Assembly (NCBI GenBank): GCA_964057225.1
Contig: CAXKVF010000075.1
Location: 372,001-436,000, forward strand
Length of the DNA: 64,000 nucleotides
Direction: 5' to 3'
Source of the DNA: Auanema rhodensis
Lineage: Eukaryota; Animalia; Nematoda
Shown: positions 15,601 through 29,913 of the stretch, in pieces
How the letters are laid out: the number at the start of each line of letters is the position of its first letter
Position numbering within the stretch: the first letter of the stretch is position 1
Notes under the pieces: model-generated
The model's input: only the letters and a program-made list of their open reading frames with translations
Databases searched by the model: none
Told to the model about the DNA's origin: nothing
Made by a program: the position numbers and the translations under genes

Positions 15601-18600
15601 TGTACACGTGATGTGCACTTGGTATGTAACTCGCTTCACGTGAAAGATAAAGAGATGCGGTTTTCAAAATTAGATTCCCCATGTCCATATTAGTCTAAAA
15701 ACAAATTTTTATTGATATTGGTGCATGGTAACCATGACTTTGAAATTTACGTGAACTTTAATTTATGCTAATTAAATGTACACGTGATGTGCACTTGGTA
15801 TGTAACTCGCTTCACGTGAAAAATAAAGAGATGCGGTTTTCAAAATTAGATTCCCCATGTCCATATTAGTCTAAAAACAAATTTTTATTGATATTGGTGC
15901 ATGGTAACCATGACTTTGAAATTTACGTGAACTTTAATTTATGCTAATTAAATGTACACGTGATATGCACTTGGTATGTAACTCGCTTCACGTGAAAGAT
16001 AAAGAGATGCGGTTTTCAAAATTAGATTCCCCATGTCCATATTAGTCTAAAAACAAATTTTTATTGATATTGGTGCATGGTAACCATGACTTTGAAATTT
16101 ACGTGAACTTTAATTTATGCTAATTAAATGTACACGTGATGTGCACTTGGTATGTAACTCGCTTCACGTGAAAGATAAAGAGATGCGGTTTTCAAAATTA
16201 GATTCCCCATGTCCATATTAGTCTAAAAACAAATTTTTATTGATATTGGTTCATGGTAACCATGACTTTGAAATTTACGTGAACTTTAATTTATGCTAAT
16301 TAAATGTACACGTGATGTGCACTTGGTATGTAACTCGCTTCACGTGAAAGATAAAGAGATGCGGTTTTCAAAATTAGATTCCCCATGTCCATATTAGTCT
16401 AAAAACAAATTTTTATTGATATTGGTTCATGGTAACCATGACTTTGAAATTTACGTGAACTTTAATTTATGCTAATTAAATGTACACGTGATGTGCACTT
16501 GGTATGTAACTCGCTTCACGTGAAAGATAAAGAGATGCGGTTTTCAAAATTAGATTCCCCATGTCCATATTAGTCTAAAAACAAATTTTTATTGATATTG
16601 GTTCATGGTAACCATGACTTTGAAATTTACGTGAACTTTAATTTATGCTAATTAAATGTACACGTGATGTGCACTCGGTATGTAACTCGCTTCACGTGAA
16701 AGATAAAGAGATGCGGTTTTCAAAATTAGATTCCCCATGTCCATATTAGTCTAAAAACAAATTTTTATTGATATTGGTGCATGGTAACCATGACTTTGAA
16801 ATTTACGTGAACTTTAATTTATGCTAATTAAATGTACACGTGATGTGCACTTGGTATGTAACTCGCTTCATCGCTTCACGTGAAAGATAAAGAGATGCGG
16901 TTTTCAAAATTAGATTCCCCATGTCCATATTAGTCTAAAAACAAATTTTTATTGATATTGCTTCATGGTAACCATGACTTTGAAATTTACGTGAACTTTA
17001 ATTTATGCTAATTAAATGTACACGTGATGTGCACTTGGTATGTAACTCGCTTCACGTGAAAAATAAAGAGATGCGGTTTTCAAAATTAGATTCCCCATGT
17101 CCATATTAGTCTAAAAACAAATTTTTATTGATATTGGTGCATGGTAACCATGACTTTGAAATTTACGTGAACTTTAATTTATGCTAATTAAATGTACACG
17201 TGATATGCACTTGGTATGTAACTCGCTTCACGTGAAAGATAAAGAGATGCGGTTTTCAAAATTAGATTCCCCATGTCCATATTAGTCTAAAAACAAATTT
17301 TTATTGATATTGGTGCATGGTAACCATGACTTTGAAATTTACGTGAACTTTAATTTATGCTAATTAAATGTACACGTGATGTGCACTTGGTATGTAACTC
17401 GCTTCACGTGAAAGATAAAGAGATGCGGTTTTCAAAATTAGATTCCCCATGTCCATATTAGTCTAAAAACAAATTTTTATTGATATTGGTTCATGGTAAC
17501 CATGACTTTGAAATTTACGTGAACTTTAATTTATGCTAATTAAATGTACACGTGATGTGCACTTGGTATGTAACTCGCTTCACGTGAAAGATAAAGAGAT
17601 GCGGTTTTCAAAATTAGATTCCCCATGTCCATATTAGTCTAAAAACAAATTTTTATTGATATTGGTTCATGGTAACCATGACTTTGAAATTTACGTGAAC
17701 TTTAATTTATGCTAATTAAATGTACACGTGATGTGCACTTGGTATGTAACTCGCTTCACGTGAAAGATAAAGAGATGCGGTTTTCAAAATTAGATTCCCC
17801 ATGTCCATATTAGTCTAAAAACAAATTTTTATTGATATTGGTTCATGGTAACCATGACTTTGAAATTTACGTGAACTTTAATTTATGCTAATTAAATGTA
17901 CACGTGATGTGCACTCGGTATGTAACTCGCTTCACGTGAAAGATAAAGAGATGCGGTTTTCAAAATTAGATTCCCCATGTCCATATTAGTCTAAAAACAA
18001 ATTTTTATTGATATTGGTGCATGGTAACCATGACTTTGAAATTTACGTGAACTTTAATTTATGCTAATTAAATGTACACGTGATGTGCACTTGGTATGTA
18101 ACTCGCTTCATCGCTTCACGTGAAAGATAAAGAGATGCGGTTTTCAAAATTAGATTCCCCATGTCCATATTAGTCTAAAAACAAATTTTTATTGATATTG
18201 GTTCATGGTAACCATGACTTTGAAATTTACGTGAACTTTAATTTATGCTAATTAAATGTACACGTGATGTGCACTTGGTATGTAACTCGCTTCACGTGAA
18301 AGATAAAGAGATGCGGTTTTCAAAATTAGATTCCCCATGTCCATATTAGTCTAAAAACAAATTTTTATTGATATTGGTTCATGGTAACCATGACTTTGAA
18401 ATTTACGTGAACTTTAATTTATGCTAATTAAATGTACACGTGATGTGCACTCGGTATGTAACTCGCTTCACGTGAAAGATAAAGAGATGCGGTTTTCAAA
18501 ATTAGATTCCCCATGTCCATATTAGTCTAAAAACAAATTTTTATTGATATTGGTGCATGGTAACCATGACTTTGAAATTTACGTGAACTTTAATTTATGC

Positions 18601-21600
18601 TAATTAAATGTACACGTGATGTGCACTTGGTATGTAACTCGCTTCATCGCTTCACGTGAAAGATAAAGAGATGCGGTTTTCAAAATTAGATTCCCCATGT
18701 CCATATTAGTCTAAAAACAAATTTTTATTGATATTGCTTCATGGTAACCATGACTTTGAAATTTACGTGAACTTTAATTTATGCTAATTAAATGTACACG
18801 TGATGTGCACTTGGTATGTAACTCGCTTCACGTGAAAGATAAAGAGATGCGGTTTTCAAAATTAGATTCCCCATGTCCATATTAGTCTAAAAAAAAATTT
18901 TTATTGATATTGGTTCATGGTAACCATGACTTTGACATTTACGTGAACTTTAATTTATGCTAATTAAATGTACACGTGATGTGCACTTGGTATGTAACTC
19001 GCTTCACGTGAAAGATAAAGAGATGCGGTTTTCAAAATTAGATTCCCCATGTCCATATTAGTCTAAAAACAAATTTTTATTGATATTGGTGCATGGTAAC
19101 CATGACTTTGAAATTTACGTGAACTTTAATTTATGCTAATTAAATGTACACGTGATGTGCACTTGGTATGTAACTCGCTTCACGTGAAAGATAAAGAGAT
19201 GCGGTTTTCAAAATTAGATTCCCCATGTCCATATTAGTCTAAAAACAAATTTTTATTGATATTGGTGCATGGTAACCATGACTTTGACATTTACGTGAAC
19301 TTTAATTTATGCTAATTAAATGTACACGTGATGTGCACTTGGTATGTAACTCTCTTCACGTGAAAGATAAAGAGATGCGGTTTTCAAAATTAGATTCCCC
19401 ATGTCCATATTAGTCTAAAAACTAATTTTTATTGATATTGGTGCATGGTAACCATGACTTTGAAATTTACGTGAACTTTAATTTATGCTAATTAAATGTA
19501 CACGTGATGTGCACTTGGTATGTAACTCGCTTCACGTGAAAGATAAAGAGATGCGGTTTTCAAAATTAGATTCCCCATGTCCATATTAGTCTAAAAACAA
19601 ATTTTTATTGATATTGGTGCATGGTAACCATGACTTTGAAATTTACGTGAACTTTAATTTATGCTAATTAAATGTACACGTGATGTGCACTTGGTATGTA
19701 ACTCGCTTCACGTGAAAAATAAAGAGATGCGGTTTTCAAAATTAGATTCCCCATGTCCATATTAGTCTAAAAACAAATTTTTATTGATATTGGTGCATGG
19801 TAACCATGACTTTGAAATTTACGTGAACTTTAATTTATGCTAATTAAATGTACACGTGATATGCACTTGGTATGTAACTCGCTTCACGTGAAAGATAAAG
19901 AGATGCGGTTTTCAAAATTAGATTCCCCATGTCCATATTAGTCTAAAAACAAATTTTTATTGATATTGGTGCATGGTAACCATGACTTTGAAATTTACGT
20001 GAACTTTAATTTATGCTAATTAAATGTACACGTGATGTGCACTTGGTATGTAACTCGCTTCACGTGAAAGATAAAGAGATGCGGTTTTCAAAATTAGATT
20101 CCCCATGTCCATATTAGTCTAAAAACAAATTTTTATTGATATTGGTTCATGGTAACCATGACTTTGAAATTTACGTGAACTTTAATTTATGCTAATTAAA
20201 TGTACACGTGATGTGCACTTGGTATGTAACTCGCTTCACGTGAAAGATAAAGAGATGCGGTTTTCAAAATTAGATTCCCCATGTCCATATTAGTCTAAAA
20301 ACAAATTTTTATTGATATTGGTTCATGGTAACCATGACTTTGAAATTTACGTGAACTTTAATTTATGCTAATTAAATGTACACGTGATGTGCACTTGGTA
20401 TGTAACTCGCTTCACGTGAAAGATAAAGAGATGCGGTTTTCAAAATTAGATTCCCCATGTCCATATTAGTCTAAAAACAAATTTTTATTGATATTGGTTC
20501 ATGGTAACCATGACTTTGAAATTTACGTGAACTTTAATTTATGCTAATTAAATGTACACGTGATGTGCACTCGGTATGTAACTCGCTTCACGTGAAAGAT
20601 AAAGAGATGCGGTTTTCAAAATTAGATTCCCCATGTCCATATTAGTCTAAAAACAAATTTTTATTGATATTGGTGCATGGTAACCATGACTTTGAAATTT
20701 ACGTGAACTTTAATTTATGCTAATTAAATGTACACGTGATGTGCACTTGGTATGTAACTCGCTTCATCGCTTCACGTGAAAGATAAAGAGATGCGGTTTT
20801 CAAAATTAGATTCCCCATGTCCATATTAGTCTAAAAACAAATTTTTATTGATATTGCTTCATGGTAACCATGACTTTGAAATTTACGTGAACTTTAATTT
20901 ATGCTAATTAAATGTACACGTGATGTGCACTTGGTATGTAACTCGCTTCACGTGAAAAATAAAGAGATGCGGTTTTCAAAATTAGATTCCCCATGTCCAT
21001 ATTAGTCTAAAAACAAATTTTTATTGATATTGGTGCATGGTAACCATGACTTTGAAATTTACGTGAACTTTAATTTATGCTAATTAAATGTACACGTGAT
21101 ATGCACTTGGTATGTAACTCGCTTCACGTGAAAGATAAAGAGATGCGGTTTTCAAAATTAGATTCCCCATGTCCATATTAGTCTAAAAACAAATTTTTAT
21201 TGATATTGGTGCATGGTAACCATGACTTTGAAATTTACGTGAACTTTAATTTATGCTAATTAAATGTACACGTGATGTGCACTTGGTATGTAACTCGCTT
21301 CACGTGAAAGATAAAGAGATGCGGTTTTCAAAATTAGATTCCCCATGTCCATATTAGTCTAAAAACAAATTTTTATTGATATTGGTTCATGGTAACCATG
21401 ACTTTGAAATTTACGTGAACTTTAATTTATGCTAATTAAATGTACACGTGATGTGCACTTGGTATGTAACTCGCTTCACGTGAAAGATAAAGAGATGCGG
21501 TTTTCAAAATTAGATTCCCCATGTCCATATTAGTCTAAAAACAAATTTTTATTGATATTGGTTCATGGTAACCATGACTTTGAAATTTACGTGAACTTTA

Positions 21601-24600
21601 ATTTATGCTAATTAAATGTACACGTGATGTGCACTTGGTATGTAACTCGCTTCACGTGAAAGATAAAGAGATGCGGTTTTCAAAATTAGATTCCCCATGT
21701 CCATATTAGTCTAAAAACAAATTTTTATTGATATTGGTTCATGGTAACCATGACTTTGAAATTTACGTGAACTTTAATTTATGCTAATTAAATGTACACG
21801 TGATGTGCACTCGGTATGTAACTCGCTTCACGTGAAAGATAAAGAGATGCGGTTTTCAAAATTAGATTCCCCATGTCCATATTAGTCTAAAAACAAATTT
21901 TTATTGATATTGGTGCATGGTAACCATGACTTTGAAATTTACGTGAACTTTAATTTATGCTAATTAAATGTACACGTGATGTGCACTTGGTATGTAACTC
22001 GCTTCATCGCTTCACGTGAAAGATAAAGAGATGCGGTTTTCAAAATTAGATTCCCCATGTCCATATTAGTCTAAAAACAAATTTTTATTGATATTGCTTC
22101 ATGGTAACCATGACTTTGAAATTTACGTGAACTTTAATTTATGCTAATTAAATGTACACGTGATGTGCACTTGGTATGTAACTCGCTTCACGTGAAAGAT
22201 AAAGAGATGCGGTTTTCAAAATTAGATTCCCCATGTCCATATTAGTCTAAAAAAAAATTTTTATTGATATTGGTTCATGGTAACCATGACTTTGACATTT
22301 ACGTGAACTTTAATTTATGCTAATTAAATGTACACGTGATGTGCACTTGGTATGTAACTCGCTTCACGTGAAAGATAAAGAGATGCGGTTTTCAAAATTA
22401 GATTCCCCATGTCCATATTAGTCTAAAAACAAATTTTTATTGATATTGGTGCATGGTAACCATGACTTTGAAATTTACGTGAACTTTAATTTATGCTAAT
22501 TAAATGTACACGTGATGTGCACTTGGTATGTAACTCGCTTCACGTGAAAGATAAAGAGATGCGGTTTTCAAAATTAGATTCCCCATGTCCATATTAGTCT
22601 AAAAACAAATTTTTATTGATATTGGTGCATGGTAACCATGACTTTGACATTTACGTGAACTTTAATTTATGCTAATTAAATGTACACGTGATGTGCACTT
22701 GGTATGTAACTCTCTTCACGTGAAAGATAAAGAGATGCGGTTTTCAAAATTAGATTCCCCATGTCCATATTAGTCTAAAAACTAATTTTTATTGATATTG
22801 GTGCATGGTAACCATGACTTTGAAATTTACGTGAACTTTAATTTATGCTAATTAAATGTACACGTGATGTGCACTTGGTATGTAACTCGCTTCACGTGAA
22901 AGATAAAGAGATGCGGTTTTCAAAATTAGATTCCCCATGTCCATATTAGTCTAAAAACAAATTTTTATTGATATTGGTGCATGGTAACCATGACTTTGAA
23001 ATTTACGTGAACTTTAATTTATGCTAATTAAATGTACACGTGATGTGCACTTGGTATGTAACTCGCTTCACGTGAAAAATAAAGAGATGCGGTTTTCAAA
23101 ATTAGATTCCCCATGTCCATATTAGTCTAAAAACAAATTTTTATTGATATTGGTGCATGGTAACCATGACTTTGAAATTTACGTGAACTTTAATTTATGC
23201 TAATTAAATGTACACGTGATATGCACTTGGTATGTAACTCGCTTCACGTGAAAGATAAAGAGATGCGGTTTTCAAAATTAGATTCCCCATGTCCATATTA
23301 GTCTAAAAACAAATTTTTATTGATATTGGTGCATGGTAACCATGACTTTGAAATTTACGTGAACTTTAATTTATGCTAATTAAATGTACACGTGATGTGC
23401 ACTTGGTATGTAACTCGCTTCACGTGAAAGATAAAGAGATGCGGTTTTCAAAATTAGATTCCCCATGTCCATATTAGTCTAAAAACAAATTTTTATTGAT
23501 ATTGGTTCATGGTAACCATGACTTTGAAATTTACGTGAACTTTAATTTATGCTAATTAAATGTACACGTGATGTGCACTTGGTATGTAACTCGCTTCACG
23601 TGAAAGATAAAGAGATGCGGTTTTCAAAATTAGATTCCCCATGTCCATATTAGTCTGAAAACAAATTTTTATTGATATTGGTTCATGGTAACCATGACTT
23701 TGAAATTTACGTGAACTTTAATTTATGCTAATTAAATGTACACGTGATGTGCACTTGGTATGTAACTCGCTTCACGTGAAAGATAAAGAGATGCGGTTTT
23801 CAAAATTAGATTCCCCATGTCCATATTAGTCTAAAAACAAATTTTTATTGATATTGGTTCATGGTAACCATGACTTTGAAATTTACGTGAACTTTAATTT
23901 ATGCTAATTAAATGTACACGTGATGTGCACTCGGTATGTAACTCGCTTCACGTGAAAGATAAAGAGATGCGGTTTTCAAAATTAGATTCCCCATGTCCAT
24001 ATTAGTCTAAAAACAAATTTTTATTGATATTGGTGCATGGTAACCATGACTTTGAAATTTACGTGAACTTTAATTTATGCTAATTAAATGTACACGTGAT
24101 GTGCACTTGGTATGTAACTCGCTTCATCGCTTCACGTGAAAGATAAAGAGATGCGGTTTTCAAAATTAGATTCCCCATGTCCATATTAGTCTAAAAACAA
24201 ATTTTTATTGATATTGCTTCATGGTAACCATGACTTTGAAATTTACGTGAACTTTAATTTATGCTAATTAAATGTACACGTGATGTGCACTTGGTATGTA
24301 ACTCGCTTCACGTGAAAGATAAAGAGATGCGGTTTTCAAAATTAGATTCCCCATGTCCATATTAGTCTAAAAAAAAATTTTTATTGATATTGGTTCATGG
24401 TAACCATGACTTTGAAATTTACGTGAACTTTAATTTATGCTAATTAAATGTACACGTGATGTGCACTTGGTATGTAACTCGCTTCACGTGAAAGATAAAG
24501 AGATGCGGTTTTCAAAATTAGATTCCCCATGTCCATATTAGTCTAAAAACAAATTTTTATTGATATTGGTTCATGGTAACCATGACTTTGAAATTTACGT

Positions 24601-27600
24601 GAACTTTAATTTATGCTAATTAAATGTACACGTGATGTGCACTCGGTATGTAACTCGCTTCACGTGAAAGATAAAGAGATGCGGTTTTCAAAATTAGATT
24701 CCCCATGTCCATATTAGTCTAAAAACAAATTTTTATTGATATTGGTGCATGGTAACCATGACTTTGAAATTTACGTGAACTTTAATTTATGCTAATTAAA
24801 TGTACACGTGATGTGCACTTGGTATGTAACTCGCTTCATCGCTTCACGTGAAAGATAAAGAGATGCGGTTTTCAAAATTAGATTCCCCATGTCCATATTA
24901 GTCTAAAAACAAATTTTTATTGATATTGCTTCATGGTAACCATGACTTTGAAATTTACGTGAACTTTAATTTATGCTAATTAAATGTACACGTGATGTGC
25001 ACTTGGTATGTAACTCGCTTCACGTGAAAGATAAAGAGATGCGGTTTTCAAAATTAGATTCCCCATGTCCATATTAGTCTAAAAACAAATTTTTATTGAT
25101 ATTGGTTCATGGTAACCATGACTTTGAAATTTACGTGAACTTTAATTTATGCTAATTAAATGTACACGTGATGTGCACTCGGTATGTAACTCGCTTCACG
25201 TGAAAGATAAAGAGATGCGGTTTTCAAAATTAGATTCCCCATGTCCATATTAGTCTAAAAACAAATTTTTATTGATATTGGTGCATGGTAACCATGACTT
25301 TGAAATTTACGTGAACTTTAATTTATGCTAATTAAATGTACACGTGATGTGCACTTGGTATGTAACTCGCTTCATCGCTTCACGTGAAAGATAAAGAGAT
25401 GCGGTTTTCAAAATTAGATTCCCCATGTCCATATTAGTCTAAAAACAAATTTTTATTGATATTGCTTCATGGTAACCATGACTTTGAAATTTACGTGAAC
25501 TTTAATTTATGCTAATTAAATGTACACGTGATGTGCACTTGGTATGTAACTCGCTTCACGTGAAAGATAAAGAGATGCGGTTTTCAAAATTAGATTCCCC
25601 ATGTCCATATTAGTCTAAAAAAAAATTTTTATTGATATTGGTTCATGGTAACCATGACTTTGACATTTACGTGAACTTTAATTTATGCTAATTAAATGTA
25701 CACGTGATGTGCACTTGGTATGTAACTCGCTTCACGTGAAAGATAAAGAGATGCGGTTTTCAAAATTAGATTCCCCATGTCCATATTAGTCTAAAAACAA
25801 ATTTTTATTGATATTGGTGCATGGTAACCATGACTTTGAAATTTACGTGAACTTTAATTTATGCTAATTAAATGTACACGTGATGTGCACTTGGTATGTA
25901 ACTCGCTTCACGTGAAAGATAAAGAGATGCGGTTTTCAAAATTAGATTCCCCATGTCCATATTAGTCTAAAAACAAATTTTTATTGATATTGGTGCATGG
26001 TAACCATGACTTTGACATTTACGTGAACTTTAATTTATGCTAATTAAATGTACACGTGATGTGCACTTGGTATGTAACTCTCTTCACGTGAAAGATAAAG
26101 AGATGCGGTTTTCAAAATTAGATTCCCCATGTCCATATTAGTCTAAAAACTAATTTTTATTGATATTGGTGCATGGTAACCATGACTTTGAAATTTACGT
26201 GAACTTTAATTTATGCTAATTAAATGTACACGTGATGTGCACTTGGTATGTAACTCGCTTCACGTGAAAGATAAAGAGATGCGGTTTTCAAAATTAGATT
26301 CCCCATGTCCATATTAGTCTAAAAACAAATTTTTATTGATATTGGTGCATGGTAACCATGACTTTGAAATTTACGTGAACTTTAATTTATGCTAATTAAA
26401 TGTACACGTGATGTGCACTTGGTATGTAACTCGCTTCACGTGAAAAATAAAGAGATGCGGTTTTCAAAATTAGATTCCCCATGTCCATATTAGTCTAAAA
26501 ACAAATTTTTATTGATATTGGTGCATGGTAACCATGACTTTGAAATTTACGTGAACTTTAATTTATGCTAATTAAATGTACACGTGATATGCACTTGGTA
26601 TGTAACTCGCTTCACGTGAAAGATAAAGAGATGCGGTTTTCAAAATTAGATTCCCCATGTCCATATTAGTCTAAAAACAAATTTTTATTGATATTGGTGC
26701 ATGGTAACCATGACTTTGAAATTTACGTGAACTTTAATTTATGCTAATTAAATGTACACGTGATGTGCACTTGGTATGTAACTCGCTTCACGTGAAAGAT
26801 AAAGAGATGCGGTTTTCAAAATTAGATTCCCCATGTCCATATTAGTCTAAAAACAAATTTTTATTGATATTGGTTCATGGTAACCATGACTTTGAAATTT
26901 ACGTGAACTTTAATTTATGCTAATTAAATGTACACGTGATGTGCACTTGGTATGTAACTCGCTTCACGTGAAAGATAAAGAGATGCGGTTTTCAAAATTA
27001 GATTCCCCATGTCCATATTAGTCTAAAAACAAATTTTTATTGATATTGGTTCATGGTAACCATGACTTTGAAATTTACGTGAACTTTAATTTATGCTAAT
27101 TAAATGTACACGTGATGTGCACTTGGTATGTAACTCGCTTCACGTGAAAGATAAAGAGATGCGGTTTTCAAAATTAGATTCCCCATGTCCATATTAGTCT
27201 AAAAACAAATTTTTATTGATATTGGTTCATGGTAACCATGACTTTGAAATTTACGTGAACTTTAATTTATGCTAATTAAATGTACACGTGATGTGCACTC
27301 GGTATGTAACTCGCTTCACGTGAAAGATAAAGAGATGCGGTTTTCAAAATTAGATTCCCCATGTCCATATTAGTCTAAAAACAAATTTTTATTGATATTG
27401 GTGCATGGTAACCATGACTTTGAAATTTACGTGAACTTTAATTTATGCTAATTAAATGTACACGTGATGTGCACTTGGTATGTAACTCGCTTCATCGCTT
27501 CACGTGAAAGATAAAGAGATGCGGTTTTCAAAATTAGATTCCCCATGTCCATATTAGTCTAAAAACAAATTTTTATTGATATTGCTTCATGGTAACCATG

Positions 27601-27912
27601 ACTTTGAAATTTACGTGAACTTTAATTTATGCTAATTAAATGTACACGTGATGTGCACTTGGTATGTAACTCGCTTCACGTGAAAGATAAAGAGATGCGG
27701 TTTTCAAAATTAGATTCCCCATGTCCATATTAGTCTAAAAAAAAATTTTTATTGATATTGGTTCATGGTAACCATGACTTTGACATTTACGTGAACTTTA
27801 ATTTATGCTAATTAAATGTACACGTGATGTGCACTTGGTATGTAACTCGCTTCACGTGAAAGATAAAGAGATGCGGTTTTCAAAATTAGATTCCCCATGT
27901 CCATATTAGTCT
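9681..27912. repeat. 12-monomer higher-order repeat (2120 bp = 11x176+184) with 3-, 4- and 7-mer truncated derivatives; boundaries approximate
   Basis: The 8-bp duplication TCGCTTCA occurs at 11199, 13319, 14031, 14743, 16863, 18103, 18639, 20759, 21999, 24119, 24831, 25367 and 27487. Intervals are 2120, 712, 1240 or 536 bp. Confidence 0.9.
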
Positions 27913-29404
27913 AAAAACAAATTTTTATTGATATTGGTGCATGGTAACCATGACTTTGAAATTTACGTGAACTTTAATTTATGCTAATTAAATGTACACG
28001 TGATGTGCACTTGGTATGTAACTCGCTTCACGTGAAAGATAAAGAGATGCGGTTTTCAAAATTAGATTCACCATGTCCATATTAGTCTAAAAACAAATTT
28101 TTATTGATATTGGTTCATGGTAACCATGACTTTGAAATTTACGTGAACTTTAATTTATGCTAATTAAATGTACACGTGATGTGCACTTGGTATGTAACTC
28201 GCTTCACGTGAAAGATAAAGAGATGCGGTTTTCAAAATTAGATTCCCCATGTCCATATTAGTCTAAAAACAAATTTTTATTGATATTGGTTCATGGTAAC
28301 CATGACTTTGAAATTTACGTGAACTTTAATTTATGCTAATTAAATGTACACGTGATGTGCACTTGGTATGTAACTCGCTTCACGTGAAAGATAAAGAGAT
28401 GCGGTTTTCAAAATTAGATTCCCCATGTCCATATTAGTCTAAAAACAAATTTTTATTGATATTGCTTCATGGTAACCATGACTTTGAAATTTACGTGAAC
28501 TTTAATTTATGCTAATTAAATGTACACGTGATGTGCACTTGGTATGTAACTCGCTTCACGTGAAAGATAAAGAGATGCGGTTTTCAAAATTAGATTCCCC
28601 ATGACCATATTAGTCTAAAAACAAATTTTTATTGTTATTGCTTCATGGTAACCATGACTTTGAAATTTACGTGAACTTTAATTTATGCTAATTAAATGTA
28701 CACGTGATGTGCACTTGGTATGTAACTCGCTTCACGTGAAAGATGAAGAGATGCGGTTTTCAAAATTAGATTCCCCATGTCCATATTAGTCTAAAAACAA
28801 ATTTTTATTGTTATTGCTTCATGGTAACCATGACTTTGAAATTTACGTGAACTTTAATTTATGCTAATTAAATGTACACGTGATGTGCACTTGGTATGTA
28901 ACTCGCTTCACGTGAAAGATAAAGAGATGCGGTTTTCAAAATTAGATTCCCCATGTCCATATTAGTCTAAAAACAAATTTTTATTGATATTGGTTCATGG
29001 TAACCATGACTTTGACATTTACGTGAACTTTAATTTATGCTAATTAAATGTACACGTGATGTGCACTTGGTATGTAACTCGCTTCACGTGAAAGATAAAG
29101 AGATGCGGTTTTCAAAATTAGATTCCCCATGTCCATATTAGACTAAAAACAAATTTTTATTGATATTGGTGCATGGTAACCATGACTTTGAAATTTACGT
29201 GAACTTTAATTTATGCTAATTAAATGTACACGTGATGTGCACTTGGTATGTAACTCGCTTCACGTGAAAGATAAAGAGATGCGGTTTTCAAAATTAGATT
29301 CCCCATGTCCATATTAGTCTAAAAACAAATTTTTATTGATATTGGTGCATGGTAACCATGACTTTGAAATTTACGTGAACTTTAATTCATGCTAATTAAA
29401 TGTA

Positions 29405-29410
29405 CACGTG
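29405..29410. other. Target-site duplication, left copy (CACGTG)
   Basis: The left arm ends ...tgtaCACGTG|ttcgga at monomer positions 85-90. Confidence 0.9.
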
Positions 29411-29913
29411 TTCGGACGTTTATTGTTCAGTATTACAGGTTTTAACGTTAAGTATAGTACGAAAAGATATGCATTAGTTCCATACAATATGAACATAAAG
29501 ATAATAACATAAAAAATTACAAATATCAGTGAAGTATAGTTAGAAAAAGAGTGTTAGGGTTGCAGTTAGCTCATCATACCTATCCGCATATGCATCGTAT
29601 ATGTCAACGTCTCTTTTTTAAGCAGGGGTTTGTTCAGTTTGAGAAACTGACCTCTCTTTAAAAGTTAACCAGGTGCGGTGGAACTTAGAAATAAGTCAAG
29701 CCCGTTCTGGAAGTCAGAGGTAACTAGCACCCGATCCGTATGGCTAATGCCCATAAGATTCAATGGTGAAGTAACAGTGAAAAAAAAAAGTATGGGTAAA
29801 GAGGATAGTTGATCAAATGACACATAGACGAAGATAATAGAAGAGTTGCAATAACCCAAATAGTACAGAGCAAGTAAAAGAAACAATTGAAATAAACATG
29901 ATTAATATTAATA
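29411..29913 (-). other. LINE 3' UTR (503 nt)
   Basis: Lies between the ORF2 stop and the left TSD. U-rich flanks surround a GC-richer, self-complementary core at about 29544-29755. Confidence 0.85.
29419..29424 (-). promoter_or_regulatory. Candidate polyadenylation signal AATAAA
   Basis: tttatt on + strand, 8 nt from the element's 3' end. Confidence 0.55.

Larger units (their letters stand above)
1..29410. repeat. 176-bp tandem satellite array, left arm (166 complete monomers plus a 90-bp partial monomer cut by the LINE)
   Basis: The monomer aaaaacaaatttttattgat...catgtccatattagtct restarts at 1, 177, 353, ... 881. The phase arithmetic closes exactly: 29320 = 166x176 + 13x8, where 13 monomers carry an 8-bp duplication. 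Monomers usually differ by 0-3 substitutions. Confidence 0.99.

Noticed and set aside
29553-29561. GTTAGGGTT, i.e. AACCCUAAC in the LINE RNA, resembling a TTAGGG telomerase template
   Set aside because: It is a single 9-mer with a non-negligible chance of occurring. I identified no pseudoknot or other telomerase RNA element, there are no telomeric repeats in the window, and the likely host group typically uses TTAGGC.
29526-29577. C/D-box snoRNA-like motifs (AUGAUGA ... CUGA on the minus strand)
   Set aside because: The box-to-box span is only 52 nt, the terminal stem is weak, and I found no C'/D' boxes or recognisable rRNA guide. snoscan or cmscan would settle it.
29669-29681. CCAGGTGCGGTGG resembling the 5' end of Alu/7SL
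   Set aside because: The similarity stops after 13 nt and there is no B-box or rest of the Alu domain.
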